NCBI GenBank assembly: GCA_043228905.1
Contig: JBHGNT010000012.1
Coordinates: 8,308,001-8,372,000, forward strand
DNA length: 64,000 nt
Origin: Azolla caroliniana
Taxonomy: Eukaryota > Plantae > Polypodiophyta
Reading direction: 5' to 3'
The notes below the pieces were generated by a model that saw only the letters and a program-made list of their open reading frames with translations, searched no databases and was not told the origin of the DNA. This document shows positions 27,480-39,996 of the stretch, in pieces. The position numbers and the translations under genes are program-made. The first letter of the stretch is position 1, and each line of letters begins with the position of its first letter.

Positions 27480-27620
27480 ACATATATGAAGTAGAGAGGA
27501 GAGGAAATTGGGTTTCGAACCCAAGACACAATGCTTGTAGTGTTATTGGCTTACCACTAGGGTAAGGTAATCACAATAATAATAAAAAAGAGAGAGAAAA
27601 CAAGGGGAAATAAAGGGAGA
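27480..27620 (+). repeat. Second copy of the L1 5'-UTR segment (homologous to 28310-28450)
   Basis: Shared aaattgggtttcRaacccaagacacaatgcttgtagtgttat..cttaccactagggtaag. Confidence 0.8.
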
Positions 27621-28775
27621 GAGCGAAACAAAGGAAGGGAGCAAACCAATTACGACATAGATGAAATGAAACAAGCAACGACATATGTGCACTATCATTA
27701 CTCATTATTTACTATGACTTGCATTGGAGAGAGTGTACGACCAACACAACATCGAATGCATCTTGTGCATGAAATCTCAGGTAGGCCAACTTCCTTAAAG
27801 AAGTATGGGCACCAAAGCCACTCATGAACTTCTCCTTCGAGAGTGGAGAAAGCTCCTTCGTCTTCTTTTTATGTTGGAAGTGTTCTATGAGAAACTGAAG
27901 AATCAAGGTCGAATTGTGGTCACAACATCAACTTGGGAAGTAAACATAGTGATGAACATGTCGTATTCATGGAGAGATTATCTTGATCTACATACTCATG
28001 GTGAGAAATTTGAGAAGAAAGCATGATGATATCAATTTATGCATAATTATATGAATGGTTTGCAAAACATAGAGGATGCCATATATTTATACATTCTCCA
28101 CATATAAAACCATATGTTTGTGGAATCACAAAAGTGAATAGAATGTTACTTAATCATTCATGAATATATTCTAATCATATACTATTGACGAGGAGATCCT
28201 TGTGAAAAAAAAAGCAACCGAGAGGAGAGAGAGAGAGAGAGAGGGATGTAGCTCAGTTGGTAAGGTTGCCAACCCCTACATTCCACAATGGCATCTAGTG
28301 AAATAGAGATATATATGAAGTATATAATAGAGAGGTGAGAAAATTGGGTTTCAAACCCAAGACACAATGCTTGTAGTGTTATCGACTTACCACTAGGGTA
28401 AGCTAATTACGATAAATAAATAAACAAAAAAAAAAAAAAGAGAGAGAGGGAGGAAAAAACGCAAGAGTGGAGAAGGGAAGAAGAAGCGAATTTGTTTTTA
28501 TTGCTGTGCTCTCTATTGGTAACGGAATTGAGCACAAAGACAAGCGTTGGAAAGCCCTCGAGTAGAGCTTCGCAACGAGATATAGCAAGGTGAATTTGGC
28601 GGTTTGTACGAGAAACAGCGATAGAAATAAGGAATCTTGTGTTGTCGGTATCCACATACTCAAAACTCATTGTGGGTCTTCGATTGCTTTCAAAATCTTC
28701 GACCTCTTCAATCGGGTGAGTTCTGAATTTCTCTCTTGTTCATGGAAAATTGTTTTTATCCCGGATCGATATAAT

Positions 28776-30287
28776 GATGGACATAAACATGAATTCCTCA
28801 CAAATTGTGGGGGATATTGATATGGAAACAATCGATCCAAAAAAGAGTAATGTGATGGTTGAATGTAATCGTCAAAGGGAAGACATTGGAAGCTCTAAGA
28901 GGTTTAAGGGAATTGAAGAAATTAATGAGAAAAAATTAACATATGCCGAAATAATACATGTAGATGAAGTTGACAAGGATCACTGTAATTGGGATAATTT
29001 ATGGGGAATTGCCAATACCTTATTGTCAGATATTGTGGAAGAAAATGAAAATGCAGTGAAAGAATGCATTGAAGAGGACGTGCATGATGTGGAAGTTGAT
29101 GCTAAGGCAGTTTTGCAATCATTTGATGTATTCTATGATCATGCTGTTATATTATTTTTACCGGCAAACTCCCATATGTTAATTGGATTAAACAATGGTT
29201 GAACACAATCGTGTCACCAAATTGTGTTGAAAATATATATGCGGGACCACGAGGGTTTTATGATGTGGTATTTCGTTCACCGGAGCATCGATGTGCATTG
29301 TTGGGTAAAGTTCTTGTGTTTTTTGATAAACGATTGGTGCATGTTATGCAATGGTCCCCCGTAGTGGACTATCATGCTTTGTTAAAACAAGAATGTCCTG
29401 TTTGGGTTACAATGGATTGTAAGCATGCTTTTTTATGGCCACTTTTACTAGAGTTGATGAGTCAAATGGGTAAAGTGTTGGTATCTCCACATGCAAATGC
29501 TACAAATAAGTGTAGATTTTGTGTCTTATGGGATACAAGCCACAAGAGGCCAGGATGGGTGCGTATGAATGCTCCTGGTATGAGAAGTCTTTTTTTTAAA
29601 CTGAAGTGGGAGACATTTGCAGGTCATTGTTTTGGATGTGGTGAATGGGGTCACTTTATGGCGGAATGCCACGGTCATTGTCCTTCAACTACAGAGGTTC
29701 CTATTGAAGGGAACGATAAGGAAGGAGTTGGGAGAGATGTTGGTGTGTCAGATTTTGTGGATGAAGGAACATCACCTAGAGCAGGTTATAAAGAGGTCTC
29801 ACTTTAAGGTTTGGGCCCTAAGAATAAGGGAATTGAATCTATGGATATAGAAAAACAAAGTTTAGTGGTTAAAGATAAGGGGAAAAAACCGTTGGATAGA
29901 GCTAGTAGTGATGTTGTTGACAAAGATTGGCATGAGGTTAAGGGCAAGTCGAAAGGGAAATCAATGAATATGTAGCATAGTAGCTTGCCCACTACTCGTG
30001 TGACTATTTGGCAAGGTAATTTAGGAACTAGGGAGGGCCCTCGAAAAGTTCCTTGGCAACGACAATCTAGGGATAAGGGATTACCCCTTCACCTTCAATT
30101 TGATTCATTGGGACGAGTTGTAAATTCATCGAATTCTCGAGGTTTTCGTCAAGCGGGAGGACCTAAAAAAAAGATTTCGATAGACAACCCTAAGGATGTG
30201 GTGCATGAAAATCCATATGCAGCATTGGAGCATGCTTTGACTAGTTTCATGACATCGGTTGCTCTAAAGGAGCAAGTGCTCCTATAA
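28776..30287 (+). pseudogene. L1 ORF1 (DUF4283-like RRM region plus CCHC zinc knuckle), frameshifted
   Basis: GFYDVVF...FFDKRLVHVMQWSP...CPVWV and CFGCGEWGHFMAEC. Confidence 0.8.
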
Positions 30288-31741
30288 CATTGTTGATTGA
30301 ATGAAAGTGGTAACATGGAATGTGAGAGGGGCATGTTCTCCTCATAAGAAGTATATATCATGGGAAACTTTGTTAAGTAAAGAATGGGATGTAGTATGTG
30401 CAGTTGAGCATAAGTGTCATGAGTTAGCATGATCCATAGTGCATTTGCGTGGATATTCATCATTTTATGCAGGACATCTTAATAATCATTATTCAGGTGT
30501 GGTATTAATTGTGAGGGATAAGTATTATCCTCAAGTGGTGCATAATGATCCTTATGGTCGTTTTTTTGTTCTAGAAATCACTTTTTTTGGCGAGGTTGTG
30601 TGGGTGGTTGGGATTTATGCCCCTAACCAAGCCACTCAATGTATTGCATTATGGGGTTCACTCCTTCAAACCCTATCTATTGGACGTCCAAGATTACTTA
30701 TGGGCGATTTTAACATGTGTGTTGATGCATTTCAATCCACGTTTGAACATTCAATCATGGATGATCGTGAGCAACTTGCTTGGGACTCATTGGCTATGGA
30801 GGTTCTGAAGTTGGATGTTTGGACATGGTTGCAAGGGAATGATCCAGGTTTTACCTTCCAATCTGCTCAACATAGACAAACATGGAGTCGGTTAGATAGA
30901 ATGTATGTGATGCATGATGATTCTTTTTTACCGACATCACTTTGTATGAACGTTCTACAAGATGTTGGAACTTTAGATCACTTTCCTATTTGCTTGGAGG
31001 TGTGTAATCATGCAATTGACATGTATAAACCTTTACTTGGAAAGCCTCCACTACGCTTTAACTCTTCTTTTTTGCTTCAACCTCACTTTGATTCTCTCAT
31101 GGAGCAAATTTTGGTAAATTTTTCTCAACAAGTGAATCTTAAAGGAGTTAAAGCATGGGATATCACATTACGAAACATTAACATCATTCATCGTATGTAT
31201 GGAGTAACCAATGCTGAACGAAGAAGAGGTCTTGTCATGATATGGCAAGACTCAAACCCATGACCTTAGGTTATATGGGTCGAGCTCTTGACCATTAGAT
31301 CATCTATTGTAATACGTAAGATATTATTTTCATTTACATTTTATTATAGGAAATTAATGTATATTCCAGATTTCTCTGCAACATTCTAGAAGCTTCAGGA
31401 TTACTCCTGAAAACACTATAAAAGAGGGCACTAGGCATTATGTTGAACCAAATTGGTTCAACGTCAGTCTTAAGCCTTTTAGCCACCATTGTATATTCTC
31501 TTCACATAATACATATCTTTCTTATCATCACTCTCTCCCTCTCTCTCCCTCTCTCTTTCTCTCTGTCTCGCTCACTTCTTCCTTCTCTCAAAGAAGTTCT
31601 ACACCTCTCATAGTACTAATCCTTCGTTTAGTACTAATTCCTTCTCTGTCTTAGTACTGTTCCTGACAGTTTGAACCAATTTTCCTACCTTCTGTCTCTC
31701 TAATTTCCTACTAATCCCTTATTCCTCTTTTCTTTCATTCC

Positions 31742-32893
31742 ATGGCCACTGTTAGCGCTGAAGAATATCAATATGTTTTCTTGGAATTTCAATGCTTGAA
31801 AGAGAAGTTCCATGCTTTGGAACAAGAAAACCAACGGTTGCTGGGGGATCTTCAGCAAATCTCCTTACAAAAGTAGCAAACGCAACAACAGCATGGGGAA
31901 CTTGCGTTACGCGTGCAACAACTTGAAGCCACCATCGTAGCGATGCAACAACAAGGGCCCGATACACAAGGGATTCATAAAGAACCCAAGATTGGCCTTC
32001 CCACGAAGTTCGATGGAACGCGATCGCAGTTTAGAGGGTTCCTTAACCAGGTACGATTAGTTATTCAAATGCATCCTTCCCGATATCCCACCGATGCATC
32101 ACGAGTGTGTTTAGTAGGCACTTTGTTAAGTGGCTCCACGTTGGCATGGTTCGCTCCACTATTAGAAAAGGAATCTCCGTTACTCAACAATTTTGAAGAG
32201 TTTCTAGGTGAGTTTAAAGCATGTTTCGGAGATACTGACAGCATCAGGATCGCAATCAACAAAATTCGGCGATTACGCCAAGGTGACCGTCTAGCCTCCG
32301 CATATGCTGCAGATTTTCGCCTACTCGCCGCCGATATCCCTTGGGATGATCAAGCGTTAATGGAGCAATTCCGTTATGGTTTACGCAACGACGTCAAGTA
32401 TTTACTCTTGACCTTCCCCGAGGAGCCAAAGTCCTTAACAGAGGCAATCAGTCGCGCGGTGAGATGTGACAACCGCCTCTTTGAGCGACGTTCAGAACGA
32501 CATCTACAGATGCCGAGGGCAAGATCAGAACCCACCTACGCCTCAGTGGTAGCAAGACCTTTTCCGAGGGAGTCATATAATGCGCCTCCAACGAATACTC
32601 CGACTCCGATGGAGATTGACACTACATGTCATCGAGGGCCATTATCCGAAGAAGAAAAGCAGCGACGCCGTACAAATCGACTATGTCTTTACTGTGGTGG
32701 ACCAAGACATATCGCAATAAATTGCCCCCATAGGCCAAGAAGACAGGTAAACCAAATAGTCGCTAGTTCTAATTGTACTAAACCCGAGCCTATTTCAGTA
32801 GGGATATCTAATAGTCCTAATAGTAATAATAGCCCAGATCTAGCGAACAAATTTGATGTCCTTAGTCAGTTAGAAGAAGAGTTAAATGACTAA
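31742..32893 (+). pseudogene. gag: Chromovirus gag (DUF4939/PEG10-like capsid plus CCHC)
   Basis: PTKFDGTRSQFRGFL, PMEID and LCLYCGGPRHIAINCP. The N-terminus from ATG 31742 has one frameshift and one stop. Confidence 0.9.
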
Positions 32894-35800
32894 GTCCAGC
32901 CAAAATAGGAGACGTTTGGTTGGACAACCCTAGATCTGTGCAACCCATTAGTGGTTCCATTCCCTCTAAGCAAGTTAGTGATGTGTTCGTAGCCCAAGTA
33001 ATAGTTAGTACTAAAAGTACCCCTCCAGTACATGTCCTAGCACTCCTAGATTACGGAGCTAACTCTTGCTTTATGGATAAGAAATTTGCTCAAGCTCATA
33101 AGATATCCCTAAGAAAACTCTAGTGTCCAGCCTCTATAGTAGTCATTGATGGACGTCCCATTGCTTCCGGAAATATCATAGAAGAGTCAGAGCCCATTAA
33201 TATTGTCCTAGATAACTTAGCATGTGTAGTATCATTTAATATTATTAGTATCCCAGAACATCCTATAGTTTTAGGATTACCGTGGTTCGAGTTACATAAC
33301 CCACACATAGATTGGAGAACAAGAGAAATCCGGTGTCGACAAACCCAAGGGTCAACTCAGAAGATGGCAACCATTTCGCTACGTCAGTTGCGCAAAGAAG
33401 GGCACAAGGAGGAAATGTTCCTCTTTGCAATATCAGTAAACCCCTCCAGCACCACTAAAGAAGAATCCACCGTTCAACTTCTCGAGAAGTATCGTCATTA
33501 CGCCAATGTGTTCGATAAAGTACAAGCCAACACACTTCCTCATCATCAACGGTACGATTGCCCCATCGATTTACAGCCGGGAAAAGAGCCGCCATGGGGA
33601 CCGATCTACAATTTGTCACCAACCGAGTTGGAAGTCCTTCGGTCCTATATAGAGGAGAATTTGGAAAATGGTTTCATTCAACATTTGAAATCTCCAGCCG
33701 GCGCGCCCATTTTCTTCGTCAAGAAAAAGGATGGATCGCTTCGTCTCGTTGTAGATTACCGTGGCTTGAATAAGGTTACAATCAGGAATAGGTATGCTCT
33801 TCCCCTTATCTCAAGTCTTTTAGAACGGATCAATGGTGCCAGGTTCTTCACAAAGATCGACTTACGAGGAGCATATAACCTCGTACGGATCCGACCAGGA
33901 GACGAATGGAAGACCGCGTTTCGCACCAGATATGGGCACTTCGAGTATACGGTCATGCCGTTCAGCCTCACTAATGTGCCGACAGTCTTCCAACACATGG
34001 CTAATGATATATTCCGAGATCTATTGGATGATTGTTTGATCATCTATTTGGATGATCTACTGATTTATTCAAAGACCCAAGAAGAACATGATTCTCATGT
34101 ACTATTAGTACTAAAACGACTTCGAGAACATGGTTTGTATGCAAAGCTGGAAAAATGTAGTTTCGGGTGCAACCAAGTGGAATTTCTCGGCTACATCATT
34201 TCGTTAGAAGGCATCTCCATGGACCCAACTAAGGTCAAAACGGTGGTAGAATGGCAGACTCCGCGTTCGGTGCGGGATGTGCGATGCTTCCTAGGCTTTG
34301 CCAATTTTTACCGGAAGTTCATACAAGATTACTCAAAGATCGTTCTACCTCTCACACAACTTACTAGGAAGGGACAACCGTTCATCTGGTCTGAAGAAAC
34401 GGACATGGCTTTCGAGAGTCTTAAAAAGGCATTTACATCGGCTCCAATTCTAGTTCATGTCGATTCGGAAAAACCATTCATTATCGAAGCTGACGCATTA
34501 GATTTTGCATTGGGGAGCATTCTGTCACAATAGGGGAATGATGAGAAGCTACATCCTGTGGCTTTTCACTCACGCAAGTTTGACGCCGCCGAAATCAACT
34601 ACGAAATTCATGATAAGGAGCTATTGGCAATAGTGGATTCTTTTATGCAATGGAGGCATTTTCTGGAGGGATCCTCTCATCCAATCACCGTATTTAGTGA
34701 CCACAAGAATCTTGCCTACTTTCAGGATGCTCGTGTGTTGAATTGACGTCAAGCTTGGTGGGCCCACTTCCTCACGCGTTTTGACTTCAAAATTACATAT
34801 CGTCCGGGGAAGCACCAAGGGAAGGCAGATGCATTATCACGGCGTTCGTATCTAGCACCCCGTCCCGGCGAGCCAGCTTTCGATAACCAAAAACAAGTCA
34901 TCTTGGGACCGGCACGACTACAAGCAACACAGATCTTTGACATGCCCATGGATTCCCACGTTATCGATACCATACGTGAAGACTTGAAGACAGATGCGTT
35001 CGCCCAAGCTATACTAGCACAAATTGATCCCTCTCGAGCGTCGTGTTCACAGTCGCAACCACCAGGTACGGACTATCGGCAATTCAAATACCATGATGGA
35101 TTACTCTTCTTTAAAGAACTTTTGTATGTTCCTAATGGTTCTTGCTGCCTTCGAGTAGTACAAAACTGTCATGACACATATACAACTGGGCATTTTGGTA
35201 GTACTAAAACATTACATTTAGTACAACGATCATTCTAGTGGCCCTGTATGCGACAATTTGTCGAGGATTTTGTTCAGACTTGTGATACATGCTGCAAAGC
35301 GAAAATGCCAAGGCATCATCCATATGGTTTATTAGAACCATTACCAATTCCAAGCAAGCCGTGGCAATCCATTGCTCTAGACTTCATCACAGATCTTCCA
35401 GTCTCTAAGGGGTTCAATGCGATTCTAACGGTGGTCGATCGATATACGAAGATGGCTCATTTCTTGCCATGTACTAAGGAGATCTCCAGTGAAGACACTG
35501 CCGAAATTGTCATGCGTGAAGTATGTCGGCATCATGGACTTCCCGATAGTATCATCAGTGATTGTGGACCCCAGTTCGTGTCAAAATTCTGGAAGCACCT
35601 TTTTAACATGCTCAAGGTCACTTGTAACCTCTCCTTCGGCTACCACCCACAAACCGACGGCCAAGCTGAACGAACAAATCAAATGCTGGAGCAGTATTTG
35701 CGGTGCTTTCTCAGCTATCATCAAGATGACTGGGCAGATATTCTCCACTTCGCCGAATTTTCCTATAACAACTCTATCCACGCATCCACTAAAGTTACGC

Positions 35801-36471
35801 CATTTTATGCTTATACGGGATGTCACCCCCGGTGGAGTGTACTTGAAACCCCAGAGGTGTCCACAAATCTGTTCGTGGAGGATCGTTTGGAGCAGTTACG
35901 CAAGATACAAGCGGATTTATCTACTCATCTCCAGCAAGCTCAAAAAACACACAAGGTCTACGCGGATCGTCATCGACTTCCATCCAGTTTTAATATTGGA
36001 GATCGGGTGTGGCTGCTACGACGACACATCAAGACTACTCGCCCATGTGAGAAGTTGGATTATTGGCGATTAGGTCCTTTCCGTATTATCGGAAAGATTA
36101 ATGATGTCGCTTTTCGTCTCGATCTACCTCCTCAACTTCGGATACATCCGGTGTTTCATAGTTCTCTCCTCGAACCCTATCATGAGAGCACCATCCCAGG
36201 ACGTCTTATACAACCTCCACCCACGATCGACCTTGAAGATGGGCCAGAGTACGAGGTTGCCTCCATCCTTGATTCCAAGATTGTTCGTAACAAGCTCTAC
36301 TATCTAGTCGATTGGCTAGGCTATAGTCCTAGCGAACGTACTTGGGAACTGATCGAGAATGTGACCAATGCTCGTGCTCTTCTTGAAGACTTCCATCGTC
36401 AATATCCACACAAACCGGGTCCTCAATCCAAGACGACTCGTGTAGTCCTAGCGAACGTACTTGGGAACTGA
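32887..36471 (+). pseudogene. pol: Chromovirus pol (protease, RT, RNase H, integrase, chromodomain) in the -1 frame relative to gag
   Basis: ALLDYGANSCF, YLDD, EADALDFALG, H..H..C..C zinc finger, DFITDLP, GPF and YEVASILDS..YLVDWLGY..TWE. In-frame stops at 33121, 34531, 34744 and 35236. Confidence 0.95.
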
Positions 36472-39400
36472 TCGAGAATGTGACCAATGCTCGTGCTCTT
36501 CTTGAAGACTTCCATCGTCAATATCCACACAAACCGGGTCCTCAATCCAAGACGACTCGTGACACTCGTCGTTTTAAAGGGTGGATAGTGTCATGATATG
36601 GCAAGAATCGAACCCATGACCTTAGGTTATATGGGTCGAGCTCTTGACCATTAGATCATCTATTGTAATACGTAAGATATTATTTTCATTTACATTTTAT
36701 TATAGGAAATTAATGTATATTCCAGATTTCTCTGCAACATTCTAGAAGCTTCAGGATTACTCCTGAAAACACTATAAAAGAGGGCACTAGGCATTATGTT
36801 GAACCAAATTGGTTCAACGTCAGTCTTAAGCCTTTTAGCCACCATTGTATATTCTCTTCACATAATACATATCTTTCTTATCATCACTCTCTCCCTCTCT
36901 CTCCCTCTCTCTTTCTCTCTGTCTCGCTCACTTCTTCCTTCTCTCAAAGAAGTTCTACACCTCTCATAGTACTAATCCTTCGTTTAGTACTAATTCCTTC
37001 TCTGTCTTAGTATTGTTCCTGATAGGTCTTATTCGACAATTCTCACAAGTTCTCTCTAGGTGTAATGCATTATTGATATATACACCATTAGATGAGGAGC
37101 TTTTGGATATTCAGAGTCAATTGCATGTTATTATTTCTTAGTTGCAATGCCAAAGTTATCGTTATGCTAAGATGCGACAACTCAGGGAAGGACTCATTGA
37201 TAATCAATGTCAATCTCATTTGTTTTTCCAAGCATTACATCCTACTTATGCTCGATCTAATGTGGTACATGTGAAGCAAGGGGCTGAATTGATAGTGGAT
37301 CCTACAACAATAATTGACATATGCCTTTATTACTTTAAGGAGTTGATTGGTCCACAATTGTTAATGACAGATGAGGTGAGTAGAGCACGTCATGAGTTTT
37401 ATGATGTGGTTGGATGTATTGTGCATGATCTCATTAGTCATGAATTGGATGCGGATTTCACTAAGGATGAGGTGGATGTAGTTTTAAGGCATCTTCCTAG
37501 TGGTAAGAGCCTTGGTTGGGATGGCTTGACAAATGGATTTTTTAAGAGATATTCCAATATTTTAAAGGGGCCCTTGACTTTGATGTTTCAACAGTCTTGG
37601 GATTTTGGTTGTATGCCTCAAGCTTGGAAGATTGGTCTAATTAAACTAGTTCCAAAGGTGGCATCTCCTGAGTCATTTCATCAATGGAGACCTATTTCAT
37701 TGATGGGGGGGTTGTACAAGATATTTATGAAGGTCTTGGCAAATAGATTACAAAAGTATTTGCCAAAGTTGATACACCCCGCCCAATATGGTTTTATTGC
37801 AGGTAGAAATATATTGCATAATGTGTTGAATGTTCAAATGGCCATGGATTATGCTCGGAACACTCATCAAGAATTGATTATGGTGCAATTAGATTTGGAG
37901 AAATCTTATGATAATGTTAATTGGTCTTTTGTTTCTGGGTTAATGCATATAATGGGCTTTGGACCTCGTATGTCTCGCCTCATATTTTTATTAGGACAAG
38001 ATGCAGTGTCTCGAGTAATGCTTAATGGGGGAGTTACATCAAATATTGCCCTCACAAGATCCGTTCGTCAAGGATGCCCTCTTAGCCCATTGTTGTTTGC
38101 TATTGTTACTCATCCTTTGTTAGTGATGCTATCAAGACTTGCAATAAATGGTGACATTGTGGGTTTACACCTTCCGTCCGGAGGGCAAATAGTAGCACAA
38201 GCTTTGGCGGATGATTCTTTCATGTTTTTACAAGCCTCACGGGAGAATCTTGAGAAGGGGATGCTTGTATGGAATTAGTTTGCATTGGCTTCCGGATTAC
38301 ATATTAATTGGAGGAAGTCTAGTCTCATATCATGCACTGAAAGGGATTTGGAATGTTTAGGATGGCAAGGATCCGTGGTGAAGAAAGGCTCTATTTTTCG
38401 ACACTTGGGCTATCCATTAGGAATGAATGTTACAAATGGTCAATTGATTGAATGGATGTCTAGTAAATTGAGCGATAAGTTCATGTATTGGAAGTCACAA
38501 TCTTGGCCATTTCATGTTCGCTTGAAGGTTGTACAATGTATTATGGAACCCATGATATTATATTACTTGCCATTATGCAACCTCTTCGATATTTGTTGTG
38601 GAAGAAGAGGGATAAGATGGGAATCACATGGATTGCTTGGAATCATCTAGCAACCCCTAAGCGATTGGGGGGGGGGTTGGAAAATTGAACTTATCTATGC
38701 ATATGATGGCTCGTAGATTTTCATTATTACAAGACATGTGTTCAAACTCACAACCATGGATATCTATTACAGTTCGATATTTCATTGAGAACAAGGGTTT
38801 AACACATGGGAGGACAACGATTAAGGCTTCATGGTGGCAATTACTAAATGGATGTATTTCACTTAGGATTCCGGGTTCTTCATGTGTTCAACACTTAGTT
38901 ACCTCATGGCAAGAAGCACTTTTGTTATGTGTATGGAAACCATCATCTAGTAGAGAGCATTGTAACTCTTTGCAAAAAGAGTTACTTGTGTCTTCTTGGT
39001 TATTATGTTGGCCAGGAAAGGAGAGATTGCGTTCTCAATTTAATCGTTTGTTTCGTTTGGGGGTCAAAGAGGTGGGAGATATAGTTGAGGTTCCATCTCA
39101 AAGAATTTTGGAGTTTACTGAAGCACGACAATTATTACGCATCTCACCTAATTATGGGTTTATTTGGCAACAACTACAGAATATTGCATTGATGCAAGGT
39201 CCCTTACCTCTACAAACAGGAGAACAACCGTGGATTGATTGGAGTTTAAGGGGTCAAACACCATTGTTACAAGTGACTACTAATCTTTTTAATCATTGTT
39301 CCGTTGAGTCTCTTGGATGGTTATCATCTAAGACTGAAGAAGAATGGAAAATACACAAATTTGATCATGGGTGGTGGCAGATCTTACAACGTAGTTGACA

Positions 39401-39996
39401 TTCTAAATTGCCACTTGTTGCAAAGGTATTCATTTGGAGAGTTTTGATCGGAGGATTGCCTTTGGGATTAGCTTTAAAGCGTCGTGGACTAGCAACGGGT
39501 AACTGCTTCTTTTGCACAGTTTAGATAGAAGATAATACTCATCGATTTATACAATGTCCAATTGCTTGTCAAATTTGGAGTTACATTTCTCAAATTTGGA
39601 AGTTTTATCACGGAGTTATTTGACACCTAGACAATGGGTGTTTGCACAATTTACACAAGCTGACCCAAAATCAGAGATGGAGATTGTTTTCCTATTTCTG
39701 AGATATTGGAGATTGCGTCATAATTGGAACATGCACAACGCTTTTGTATTCGATGGTAGACATGGAGTGAAAGCATATCTACGAAAGTTGAAGGGAGTAC
39801 TAATGTGGCGATTTTCTTTATTGGAACAAATGGAAATTCTTTCCTCGGTGGAGTGTTCATCTTGCCTATTGGCAATTCAACATGTTCCACTACCCATGTA
39901 GTGTAGTGTGGTTAGTGTGTGACCATACTCCATTGTCACACGTATTGTAAGTAATGTTTTTCACACACATTTATTAATATAATTGTGTGTTTTCAC

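Larger units (their letters stand above)
31233..37024 (+). mobile_element. Ty3/Gypsy chromovirus (Tcn1/Tf1-like), structurally complete, with nonsense mutations
   Basis: LTRs 31233-31668 and 36589-37024 (436 bp; about 4 differences seen by eye). TSD GGTCT at 31228-31232 and 37025-37029. Polypurine tract (PPT) 36576-36588. Domain order gag-PR-RT-RH-IN-chromodomain. Confidence 0.97.
30330..39901 (+). pseudogene. L1 ORF2 (APE endonuclease, RT, zf-RVT), split by insertion and broken by stops and frameshifts
   Basis: GIYAPN, MGDFN, SRLDRMY and DHFPI (endonuclease); WRPISL, QYGFIAGR, LDLEKSYD, RQGCPLSP and LADDS (RT); C-terminal C..C...H...CP remnant. Confidence 0.9.

Noticed and set aside
28243-28400. 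Functional tRNA gene
   Set aside because: Only A-box-like and T-arm-like pieces are present. No complete cloverleaf, acceptor stem or anticodon arm could be built.
31233-37024. Active or domesticated (PEG10-like) retroelement gene
   Set aside because: Several in-frame stops and frameshifts, with LTRs and TSD retained, mark it as a dead insertion. The number of stops is compatible with C>T decay since insertion.
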